Below, piece by piece: positions 56,475 to 64,000 of a DNA stretch of 64,000 bases (positions are counted from its first letter, which is position 1; every line of letters begins with the position of its first letter). This DNA is from Candidatus Gastranaerophilales bacterium (GTDB lineage: Bacteria > Cyanobacteriota > Vampirovibrionia > Gastranaerophilales > Gastranaerophilaceae): NCBI GenBank assembly GCA_944325175.1, contig CALUYZ010000005.1, positions 15,484-79,483 of the forward strand, read 5' to 3'. The notes under the pieces were generated by a model. It did not search any database and was not told the DNA's origin. It worked only from the letters and a program-made list of their open reading frames with translations. The position numbers were made by a program, and so were the translations under genes.

Positions 56475-57449
56475 ATGAAAAAGTTTAAAGGCTTTACGCT
56501 TGCTGAAGTATTAATTACTTTAGCTATTATTGGCATTGTGGCTGCAATTACGTTGCCTAGTTTGCTTGTAAATGTTAACGAAAAGGCATGGGATGCACAG
56601 AGGAAAGCACTTCATGCAAGAATGGCGCAAGCTATAGGGCAGATGAATACGTTGGGTGGATATGGAACATTTGAAACCAATGAAGAAGGAACCGCAACGG
56701 TTGATACGGCAGCTGAAAGCTTTATTTTGGATGCATTGTCAAAAGTTTATAAGATAAACAATGTCTGTGGTCCTGATAAGCTTTCATCTTGCGGTATTCC
56801 AAGTAAAGTTGCAACGTTGAACGGGGTATCAGAAATTAATTTTCCGACAAAGATGAGCGAGCTGAATTCATTTCTTTTGAATGGATTACACAAGATAAAT
56901 GAAGATGGAAATATTGTTGATACAAAGGCTGCTGCATTTGAAACGGTTAATGGTGAATCGATTGCGGTTTTTTACAATCCGCTTTGTGGCTCGGATAGCT
57001 CTGCAAGTCATTATGTTCAAAACAAAATGTGTGTAAATTTTATCTACGACCTAAATGGAAGTGAAGGTCCTAATGAAGTGGGCAAAGATGTCGGATTTAT
57101 GACTGCATTGTATAATAAAAATTCATCTGTTGTTGCGCCTTTTCCGTATAAGGTTAATTATAAAACAAAGGCAGTGTCATACTCTGATAGTTTAGATACA
57201 AAAGATGCATCAGAAATTTGTAAACTTCAAAATGAAGGGCTTAGATTGCCAAACAGAGATGAATTGGCATCATTATTTATTAATAGCAGGCTTATTAACA
57301 TTGTCGGGGACGGTTCAGGCGGGTATTGGTCGGGCTCAATTATTTCGGGTGGTACTAACGGTTTAGCATGGCATCAATATTTTAATGACGGAATTAGAGA
57401 AACGAGTTTACGTTCTACGGAAAGATATATAAGATGTCTTTATAAATAG
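56475..57449 (+). CDS. Prepilin-type/DUF1566-like protein (paralog P3)
   Basis: MKKFKG|FTLAEVLITLAIIGIVAAITLP. C-terminal RLPNRDELASLF...YWSGS...AWHQ.F..G...IRCL. Confidence 0.82.
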   Translation: MKKFKGFTLAEVLITLAIIGIVAAITLPSLLVNVNEKAWDAQRKALHARMAQAIGQMNTLGGYGTFETNEEGTATVDTAAESFILDALSKVYKINNVCGPDKLSSCGIPSKVATLNGVSEINFPTKMSELNSFLLNGLHKINEDGNIVDTKAAAFETVNGESIAVFYNPLCGSDSSASHYVQNKMCVNFIYDLNGSEGPNEVGKDVGFMTALYNKNSSVVAPFPYKVNYKTKAVSYSDSLDTKDASEICKLQNEGLRLPNRDELASLFINSRLINIVGDGSGGYWSGSIISGGTNGLAWHQYFNDGIRETSLRSTERYIRCLYK

Positions 57450-57462
57450 TTCAAAAAATATA

Positions 57463-57499
57463 ACATAAAGCCTTTAGTCACGCTAAGGGCTTTATGTTT
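57463..57499. terminator. Strong hairpin between convergent P3 and proC
   Basis: aacataaagcctttag-tcacg-ctaagggctttatgtt (16-bp arms, one mismatch). Confidence 0.75.
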
Positions 57500-57511
57500 A
57501 AGAATTAAATT

Positions 57512-58318
57512 TTAATTATCTTTACCCAATTCAACTGCACGAAGGCAAGTTTTTTCGATAGTTTCGAAAAGAACTTTTTCTATGTCTGATTCGATTAGAA
57601 CTTTATTTCCTTCATAGGTTGTTCCGTTTGGAGTTGTAACTGCTGTGATTAAATCTTGCGGAGTTTGATTTGTTTGCATAATCATTTTAGAAGCGCCAAG
57701 GGCAGTTTGGGCTGATAGTTTAAGTGATGTTTTATAATCAAGACCTAATATTTCTCCTGCACGAGCAATTTTATCAATTATATAGTAATAAAAAGCCGGT
57801 CCGGAACCGGAAACAGCCGTAACAGCGTTAATTTGTGTTTCATCTAAAGAAATTGCTTCGCCCAGTTTTGAAAACATATCAAGAACGAATTGAACATCAT
57901 TATCTGTAGATTTATTTCCTCTGCAAACAACACTCATGCCTTCATTAACCATTGCGGGAGTGTTTGGCATAACTCTTACTACTCTTGAATTTTCAAGGGT
58001 ATCTTCATATTTTTTAATTGGAATACCTGCAAGAATTGAGATAATCAACTTGTTGTCCGCATATTCTTTTAAATTTGATAAAACGTCGTTAACAACAAAA
58101 GGTTTTGTAGCAATTAAAATATTAGATACATTTTTTGCTAACTGTTCAATATTATGAACAGGATTAATTTTAAGCTCTTTTGCGGTTGAATTCAAATGCT
58201 CAAAATTAACATCGTAAGCATAGATGTTTTCAGGTTTAATAAAGCCTGAGTTAATAACGCCTCTGCAAATTGCGCCTGCCATTTTTCCAAAACCTATAAA
58301 CCCAAGATTATTAACCAT
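57512..58318 (-). CDS. proC: Pyrroline-5-carboxylate reductase
   Basis: LGFIGFGKMAGAI Rossmann motif and a ProC-like C-terminal dimerisation region. Start at the ATG after AAGGAG; the ORF extends to 58435. Confidence 0.88.
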   Translation of the reverse strand: MVNNLGFIGFGKMAGAICRGVINSGFIKPENIYAYDVNFEHLNSTAKELKINPVHNIEQLAKNVSNILIATKPFVVNDVLSNLKEYADNKLIISILAGIPIKKYEDTLENSRVVRVMPNTPAMVNEGMSVVCRGNKSTDNDVQFVLDMFSKLGEAISLDETQINAVTAVSGSGPAFYYYIIDKIARAGEILGLDYKTSLKLSAQTALGASKMIMQTNQTPQDLITAVTTPNGTTYEGNKVLIESDIEKVLFETIEKTCLRAVELGKDN

Positions 58319-58412
58319 AGCACATTTCTCCTTATATAACTTGACAGCTGTTTTTGTCTCATTTATCATAATAAATACCGTAGTAAAAATCAATATCAAG
58401 GAGTAAAATATA

Positions 58413-58565
58413 ATGCGTCGCACATTAGAAGGCACAAAAAGAAAAAGACAAAAAGTTTCAGGTTTCAGAGCTAGAATGGCTACTCCGGAAGGTCAAAAAA
58501 CAATTAACAGACGTCGCGCTAAAGGTCGTCATAAAGTAGCTATTGTTGCAAAAAACCGTGCTTAA
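58413..58565 (+). CDS. rpmH: 50S ribosomal protein L34 (absent from the supplied ORF track because it is under 60 aa)
   Basis: Manual translation gives MRRTLEGTKRKRQKVSGFRARMATPEGQKTINRRRAKGRHKVAIVAKNRA, with the L34 signature GFRARMAT...RRRAKGR. AAGGAG RBS. Directly precedes rnpA. Confidence 0.92.
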   Translation: MRRTLEGTKRKRQKVSGFRARMATPEGQKTINRRRAKGRHKVAIVAKNRA

Positions 58566-58923
58566 TAAAAGAAACAGATTAAAAACAAACTCATCATTTA
58601 AAGCAACATACTGCCAAAACAGAGTTGTATCTGATGAGTTTTTTGTTTTGTTTGCCGGTAAAAATAAACAACAAGATGATGTTGAAACAAGAATCGGGTT
58701 TGTTGTAAGCAAAAAAATTGACAAAAGAGCGGTTGTAAGAAATAAAATTAAACGAAGAATGAGAGAAAGTTTTAGGGTTTACCTGAAAGACAGGAAAATT
58801 CCCTACATGAGCCTTATTTTAACCGCAAAGGAAGCTTCTAAAAATGCCAATTTAGAAATTACATTAAAAAGTGTTTACAAATTGATGGATAAAATGGCAA
58901 ACAAATTTATTCAGGAGTATTAA
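58543..58923 (+). CDS. rnpA: Ribonuclease P protein component
   Basis: RNR-like basic motif KRAVVRNKIKRRMRE. Classic rpmH-rnpA arrangement. The start is uncertain (TTG 58543 or GTG 58558). Confidence 0.85.
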   Translation: MLQKTVLNKRNRLKTNSSFKATYCQNRVVSDEFFVLFAGKNKQQDDVETRIGFVVSKKIDKRAVVRNKIKRRMRESFRVYLKDRKIPYMSLILTAKEASKNANLEITLKSVYKLMDKMANKFIQEY

Positions 58924-58933
58924 TAAAATCATA

Positions 58934-59803
58934 ATGAACGCTTTAATTGAAACATACAATATAAAAAATAGTAACGAAAAGCTGCAAAAGCCTAATTTTG
59001 ACACTAAAATAGGCAGAGAATTTTTGGCATTTTATCTTCAGACAAAATTTAAGCAAATACTAAATTTTGACAAGAAAAATGAGGAACATCTATTTTTAGA
59101 AGTTCGTGACGATTTTATTCCAAACTTTCTTAACCGTTTGGTAAATTACCCCAATATGAAGATTTTAATTGGAATTACCGGCGAATCAGCCTCAGGCAAA
59201 TCTTCAATATGCAATGAAATTCAAAAAATAATCGACAAATTTAATATGCCAATCACCATAATAAATGCCGATAATTATTTTAGAGATATTTCCGATTTAA
59301 TAAAAAAATATGGCACTTTTGATAATTTAAGAGATAACGGGCATGATGTTGATGCGCCTGAAAATTTTAGGCTGGATTTACTTAAAGAGCATGCCTACGA
59401 CTTAAAAAACGGCAAAAATATCATGGCGCCAAAATATTTAACAAACGGCACAGGTGTTTCTGTATTAAATGCAAATGAAGTTAAAACAAACAAAATTGTT
59501 GTAATTGAAGGCATGGCAACAATGTTTGAACCCGTAAGAAGCCTGTTTGACATAAAAATTTATGTAGAAACAACCAGAAAAACAAGAAGAAAAAGATTCT
59601 TAGACAGAGCCGAAGAAAGAAATCAAGACAGAGAAAATGCTCTAAAGCACTGGGACTACGTTGAAAAAGCCGGCGCTAAATACATAAAACCTGCAAAAAG
59701 TTTCTCAGATATTGTTGTTAACGGCGAATGTAGCTTAGAATATTTTACGCAAATTATAGAATTTATAAACCACATTACAAATTGCTTTAGAGAGGCTGAA
59801 TAA
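58934..59803 (+). CDS. Uridine kinase/phosphoribulokinase-family P-loop kinase
   Basis: Walker A GITGESASGKSS. PRK/Udk-like downstream region. Confidence 0.6.
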   Translation: MNALIETYNIKNSNEKLQKPNFDTKIGREFLAFYLQTKFKQILNFDKKNEEHLFLEVRDDFIPNFLNRLVNYPNMKILIGITGESASGKSSICNEIQKIIDKFNMPITIINADNYFRDISDLIKKYGTFDNLRDNGHDVDAPENFRLDLLKEHAYDLKNGKNIMAPKYLTNGTGVSVLNANEVKTNKIVVIEGMATMFEPVRSLFDIKIYVETTRKTRRKRFLDRAEERNQDRENALKHWDYVEKAGAKYIKPAKSFSDIVVNGECSLEYFTQIIEFINHITNCFREAE

Positions 59804-60317
59804 GTTTTTCTTTTAGAAAATCAATTAAGGGCAAAATATTTTCTTTTAATTCCTCATAATTGCCATTATTATTTAATATATAATCAAAGCCACTGTAGCT
59901 ATCAAGCTCTGTTTCGGTTAAATCGTTTGTATTTGTAATTGTTCCGCGTTTATTTCTTGTTTCATAACTTGCTTCAACCCTTATTAAAATTGCACCTGCG
60001 TTTTTAAAAACTTCAGCTTCGTGCAACAATCTGACATCAGGAACAATAACATTTTTATCTTGTTCAATAATCTTATTAAGCCAAAAATCAGGATGGATAT
60101 TTCTGCCTTCATTGCCAAGCTCAATAAGCCCCGTTCTATACTTGCCTTTATTGTTTTCTATTTCCAAAAAAGTTAAATTATTTCTTTTTCCATATTCAAG
60201 CTTTATTGCATCTGCAATACCGATTCTTATAAATTGCGGAAAAGCATCTAATATAAGCTTTGCAGCCGTGTCTTTACCTGAATATTGTTTTCCTGAGAAG
60301 CAAATTATATTTTTCAT
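59787..60317 (-). CDS. dNMP kinase-like P-loop protein (phage T4 gp1 / phosphomevalonate-kinase-like family)
   Basis: FSGKQYSGKDT P-loop, IVPDVRLLHEAE and LNNNGNYEEL segments parallel the T4 dNMP kinase layout, recalled from memory and not searched. Confidence 0.55.
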   Translation of the reverse strand: MKNIICFSGKQYSGKDTAAKLILDAFPQFIRIGIADAIKLEYGKRNNLTFLEIENNKGKYRTGLIELGNEGRNIHPDFWLNKIIEQDKNVIVPDVRLLHEAEVFKNAGAILIRVEASYETRNKRGTITNTNDLTETELDSYSGFDYILNNNGNYEELKENILPLIDFLKEKLIQPL

Positions 60318-60351
60318 ATACAAATTATATCAAAATATATACATAAAGAAA

Positions 60352-60375
60352 AATCGCAATTAATAAATTGCGATT
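60352..60375 (-). terminator. Hairpin with U-run on the minus strand
   Basis: aatcgcaat-taataa-attgcgatt. On the minus strand it is followed by TTTTCTTT. Confidence 0.5.
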
Positions 60376-60492
60376 AATGCCTTTTTCTCTATAAGTCCCA
60401 AAGCCATAGTAGCGGCTTTTATAAAATTCTTGATTATTCTTTCATAGCAAGGGTTTTGGTTCGTTTGCCTTACATTATAATTAAAACATTTT

Positions 60493-60540
60493 ATATATAC
60501 GAATTTCATATTTTATATATACTGTTACATTTCTTAATAT
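60493..60540. promoter_or_regulatory. Conserved non-coding block, copy B (matches 12371-12420)
   Basis: See 12371-12420. Lies 105-155 nt upstream of ORF 60646. Confidence 0.5.
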
Positions 60541-60550
60541 TAAGAAATTA

Positions 60551-60645
60551 AAAAGGCAATTTTAAAAAGTATATTTTTTTTATATACATGTACGAGAGAT
60601 CAAAAGTTACAAAAGAGAGACTAAACAGAAATGGAGTAAAGACCA
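60551..60645 (+). promoter_or_regulatory. Conserved promoter/leader block, copy 2 (matches 17171-17244)
   Basis: See 17171-17244. Confidence 0.6.
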
Positions 60646-61134
60646 ATGGGCTGGGTAACACTGTCACTCAGAAAAATGGTTTTGACTCAAAGAGTATCAC
60701 AATTAGAAAACAGATTACTTCATTTGAGTCAAGAACAACAATCATTAGCAAATAGTTCTTCATACACAGAAAGAGCTATAGGTCTTGAAAAACAAGAAGC
60801 TTATTCTTCTCTTATGAACAATTACTCTGGCAACCTGAACAATATATCAGACTTTGTATCAAGCGGAAACGCAAGCGACCCTGCAAGCTTAATTCAATAT
60901 CAAGCAGAACTGCAACAACAACAGCTTGATTACATGTACAACAAAATGATAATTGATTCAGTGTTTACACAAAAAGAACAATCACTACAAGATGAAATAA
61001 ACAACAAACAAACTTACTTATCACTGGAACAAGAACAAGTAGAAACCCAATTAGAAGCAGCAAGAGCTGAACTTGAACAAATGGATGAAGCATGTTCACA
61101 AGATATTCAATCAAGTACAATTAGCTTAGTATAA
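60646..61134 (+). CDS. Uncharacterised coiled-coil protein, short family member 1
   Basis: MGWVTLSLRKMVLTQRVSQLENRL... and ...LEQEQVETQLEAARAELEQMDEACSQDIQSSTISLV. Paralog of 61185 and 11447. GGAG RBS. Confidence 0.7.
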   Translation: MGWVTLSLRKMVLTQRVSQLENRLLHLSQEQQSLANSSSYTERAIGLEKQEAYSSLMNNYSGNLNNISDFVSSGNASDPASLIQYQAELQQQQLDYMYNKMIIDSVFTQKEQSLQDEINNKQTYLSLEQEQVETQLEAARAELEQMDEACSQDIQSSTISLV

Positions 61135-61184
61135 CGGATTAAAACGATAAACACCACAAACAAAGGAAAAAGGAGAAACACACT

Positions 61185-61670
61185 ATGGGCTGGGCAGCAT
61201 TATCATTAAGAAAGATGACGCTCAAACAAAGAATCAACAACTTGGAACAAAGGCTTGTAAATATAAGCCAAGAACTCCAATCAATGTACGATTCGTCATC
61301 TTACGCACAACAAGCATTGGGCGTTGAAAAATCAAACGCACTTGCAAACTTACAACAAACATATTCAAACAATACATCAACATTAGCCGGTACATACCAA
61401 GGCGCAACAGATACATCTGCATTAAATGAATACAACACGGCATTGCAACAAGAACAACTTTCTTTAATGTATAATCAAATGATTCAAAACTCATTATTTA
61501 CAGCAAAAGAATCAGCAATGCAAGATTCAATCAACCAAGCAGAAACTCAATTACAATTAGAACAAGAACAAGTTGAAACACAATTAGAAGCAGCAAGAGC
61601 TGAATATGATTCACTCGATCAAGCTTGCTCACAAGATATTCAATCAGGCGCTATAAGCTTGGTATCATAA
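61185..61670 (+). CDS. Uncharacterised coiled-coil protein, short family member 2
   Basis: MGWAALSLRKMTLKQRINNLEQRL... and ...LEQEQVETQLEAARAEYDSLDQACSQDIQSGAISLVS. AAGGAG RBS. Tandem with 60646. Confidence 0.7.
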   Translation: MGWAALSLRKMTLKQRINNLEQRLVNISQELQSMYDSSSYAQQALGVEKSNALANLQQTYSNNTSTLAGTYQGATDTSALNEYNTALQQEQLSLMYNQMIQNSLFTAKESAMQDSINQAETQLQLEQEQVETQLEAARAEYDSLDQACSQDIQSGAISLVS

Positions 61671-61716
61671 AACCAATTAATTAGCAAAACTTGTATGTTT
61701 AAACTATAATCAGAAT

Positions 61717-63081
61717 ATGAAAATAGTTGATGAGTTTAAAAATGCAGGTATAGAGGTTCTGTATGAAAAAGCAGATATATTTCCTTATGCTTTTGATACA
61801 GCCCCAATAAAAGAAGAAATCATTCTTCCGCTTTTGGTTCTATTTCCAAAATCAACAAAAGAAGTTCAAGAAATTGTAAAAATATGCAATAAAAACAATT
61901 TAAAAATAATTTCAAGAGGAGCAGGCACCTGTCATACATCAGGCTGCAAACCTACTAAAAATTCAGTTGTAATACATTTTAGTAAAATGAATAAAATTCT
62001 TGAAATTAATAAAGAAAATTTAACAGCAATAGTGGAATCCGGTGTTATCGTCGGTCAACTTCAAAGTGAGGTTGGCCGTTTTGGTTTGTTTTTTCCGCCT
62101 GACCCATCAAACCTTAAAGTTTCAACAATAGGGGGCGCAATTTCCCTATCTTCAGGCGGCGCAAGAGCTTTTAAATACGGCACCACAAAAGACTACATTT
62201 TAAATTTAGAAGTAGTTTTAGCAGACGGCTCTGTCATTGAAACAGGAAAAAATGTTGCAAAAAATGTAACAGGGTATAATTTAACCCAATTATTTGTAGG
62301 TTCCGAAGGCACCTTAGGTATAATCACAAAAGCAACGCTAAAGTTAATACCGAAACCGGAAACATCACTTGTTACAATGGCATATTTTAACAGCCTTGAA
62401 GAAGCTGCACAAGCCGTTAATAACATAATTAACTCCCTTCTTATGCCATCCACCATAGATTTAATTGACAAAAACACAATAGAAACCATTGAAAGGTTTA
62501 ATCCTTCAGGGTGGCTTTCTTATGAAGCAATGCTTTTAATTGAACTTGACGGCAATTTGAATGAAATAAAAACAAAAAATGAAAAATTAAAGCAAGTTTT
62601 AAACGAATCTAATGCCGATAAAATTGTTCAAGCAAAAGATGAAAAAGAAAGCGAAAAAATTTGGAACGCAAGAAGAAGCGCATTTGCTTGCACGGCAAAG
62701 CTTAAACCTAATGTTGTGACAGAAGATGTTGTTGTTCCAAGAAATTATATTGTCCCGCTTATAAACGAAATTAAAAAAATGTGCAATGAAAATCAAATAA
62801 CGGTGTGCATTATGGGTCATGCGGGAGATGGTAATATTCATCCTAATTTTGCACTTGATTTTTCAGATAAAGACGAAATGAAAAGGTTTAAAATCGTCAA
62901 AGATAAACTTTTTAAGCTTGCAGTTCAAATGGAAGGAACACTTTCAGGCGAACATGGGATAGGCTCTGAGAAAAAAGAATATCTTGACATTGCCTTAAAT
63001 AAAACAAGTTATTTATATATGAAAAAAATTAAAGAAGTTTTTGATAAAAATAATTTGCTGAATCCGGAGCTTATGTTTTAA
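61717..63081 (+). CDS. FAD-linked oxidase (glycolate oxidase GlcD / D-lactate dehydrogenase family)
   Basis: FAD_binding_4-like N-half (RGAGTCHTSG, GGAISLSSGG) and C-terminal GEHGIG motif. Confidence 0.82.
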   Translation: MKIVDEFKNAGIEVLYEKADIFPYAFDTAPIKEEIILPLLVLFPKSTKEVQEIVKICNKNNLKIISRGAGTCHTSGCKPTKNSVVIHFSKMNKILEINKENLTAIVESGVIVGQLQSEVGRFGLFFPPDPSNLKVSTIGGAISLSSGGARAFKYGTTKDYILNLEVVLADGSVIETGKNVAKNVTGYNLTQLFVGSEGTLGIITKATLKLIPKPETSLVTMAYFNSLEEAAQAVNNIINSLLMPSTIDLIDKNTIETIERFNPSGWLSYEAMLLIELDGNLNEIKTKNEKLKQVLNESNADKIVQAKDEKESEKIWNARRSAFACTAKLKPNVVTEDVVVPRNYIVPLINEIKKMCNENQITVCIMGHAGDGNIHPNFALDFSDKDEMKRFKIVKDKLFKLAVQMEGTLSGEHGIGSEKKEYLDIALNKTSYLYMKKIKEVFDKNNLLNPELMF

Positions 63082-63082
63082 A

Positions 63083-64000
63083 ATGAATTTTTTAACCTTT
63101 AAAAAATACTTAAAAGAATTATTAATTCTTGCTTTGCCTATATTAGCAGGCAACATTGGGCAAATGCTTATAAATATTGGAGATGTTTATGTTGCAGGGC
63201 ACTTTAACACAAACACTCTTGCTGCAATAAGTGTTGCAAGTGCAATTTTTATGACATTTGTTATCCCGGGCATCGGTCTTTGCGCCGGAGTTACGCCTGT
63301 TTTATCCAACTATAGGGGAGAAAGAAAGCCTGTTAAAAAATTGTTTGGAATAACTATAGTTTTTTCGCAAGTTTTAGCTGCTTTTTTCTTTATTCTTTTA
63401 TGGCTAATTATTCCCTTAGTATATAAAATTGGTTTATCTAATGAAATTATTCAAGATACGGTTGATTATTTGAAAATATCTTCTTTTTCGGTTTTTGCAA
63501 TATTTCTATATTCAGCACTAAAAGAATTTTTACAATCGCATGAAATAGTTCTTTTTCCTAATGTTATGATGGGTTTGTGCGTTTTTATTAACGTTGCACT
63601 AAATTTTATACTAACCTTCGGATACGGGTTCATTCCTTCATTAGGGACAATAGGGCTTGCCATTGCAAGCTTGACTGTCAGATTTATTCTTGCCATAGCT
63701 GTCTTTATATATTGCATGGGCTTTTTAAAAAGAAGCAAATTCAGCAATATAAAACGCTATGCTAAAGATTTAATCAAAGTTGGGCTACCTATTGCAGGGG
63801 CAATGTTTATTGAATTTTTGGGCTTCAATTTTGTTGCGGTTTTTGTTGGTAAATTCGACCCAATGTATGCAGCTTGTCACAATATTATTATATCTATTAC
63901 AAGTTTAGCTTATATGATACCATTTTCAGTTTCAAGTGCACTGTCTGTTAAAGTCGGCTATGCTAACGGAAGCAAAAATATTCAAGATATAAAAAAATAT
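63083..64000 (+). CDS. MATE-family efflux transporter (3' end off-window)
   Basis: The frame is open from the ATG at 63083 to the window end (checked manually). LPILAGNIGQMLINIGDVYVAGH start and polytopic hydrophobic pattern typical of NorM/MATE. Confidence 0.8.
   Translation, partial: MNFLTFKKYLKELLILALPILAGNIGQMLINIGDVYVAGHFNTNTLAAISVASAIFMTFVIPGIGLCAGVTPVLSNYRGERKPVKKLFGITIVFSQVLAAFFFILLWLIIPLVYKIGLSNEIIQDTVDYLKISSFSVFAIFLYSALKEFLQSHEIVLFPNVMMGLCVFINVALNFILTFGYGFIPSLGTIGLAIASLTVRFILAIAVFIYCMGFLKRSKFSNIKRYAKDLIKVGLPIAGAMFIEFLGFNFVAVFVGKFDPMYAACHNIIISITSLAYMIPFSVSSALSVKVGYANGSKNIQDIKKY

Noticed and set aside
49798-57449. Diversity-generating retroelement acting on the DUF1566-like C-termini
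   Set aside because: C-type-lectin-fold/DUF1566 C-termini are recurrent DGR targets. However, no reverse transcriptase, accessory gene or non-coding template repeat resembling the 3' ends of the three genes is visible in this window. It cannot be excluded for a distant locus.
60380-60480. c-di-GMP-I (GEMM) riboswitch on the minus strand
   Set aside because: Only a GGCAAAC string resembles the class. The ACGCAAAGC segment and the paired P1/P2 architecture could not be found by eye.

Overview
AT-rich (about one-third G+C by eye) chromosomal segment from a diderm bacterium. OM porin-like, AsmA-like and MlaD-like proteins are present. The gene content (FTLAE-type prepilins fused to DUF1566-like domains, HydG, VKOR-DsbA) resembles gut Melainabacteria/Gastranaerophilales-like or Fusobacteria-like genomes, but this cannot be decided without a database search. 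About 60 genes are called. Housekeeping genes: start of a dcw cluster (rsmH-ftsL-ftsI), hisF, pth, proC, rpmH-rnpA, queH, galE, a UDP-sugar block (uxs-ugd-maa), rfbCD, ferritin, beta-carbonic anhydrase, hydG, comEC, several transporters (AGCS, NSS, MFS-DHA2, MATE), and one tRNA-Leu(UAG). Several unusual loci sit among these. (1) A divergent cluster at about 41.3-49.7 kb encodes two large coiled-coil proteins ending in Cys/His cell-wall-hydrolase domains with no signal peptides, a ~960-aa protein with a Gly/Ala-zipper membrane core, two small paralogous membrane proteins and an MCE-like protein. This is my best candidate for an undescribed envelope/export/antagonism system. (2) A three-member family of coiled-coil proteins has conserved N- and C-terminal helices and a variable core (11447-12301, 60646-61134, 61185-61670). 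(3) Conserved non-coding blocks link that family, a Gly/Ala/Thr-rich protein (17245-18729) and possibly the 45.6-kb divergent promoter region into one putative regulon. (4) Three prepilin-type/DUF1566-like paralogs occur. Two are head-to-head inverted duplicates whose ~190-nt upstream regions differ by one base. Each upstream region holds a promoter-bearing ~117-bp segment bracketed by 27-bp inverted repeats, which is inverton-like. (5) Two perfect 104-bp tandem units abut tRNA-Leu, each re-creating the tRNA 3' end. No CRISPR array, transposase, integrase or rRNA was seen.
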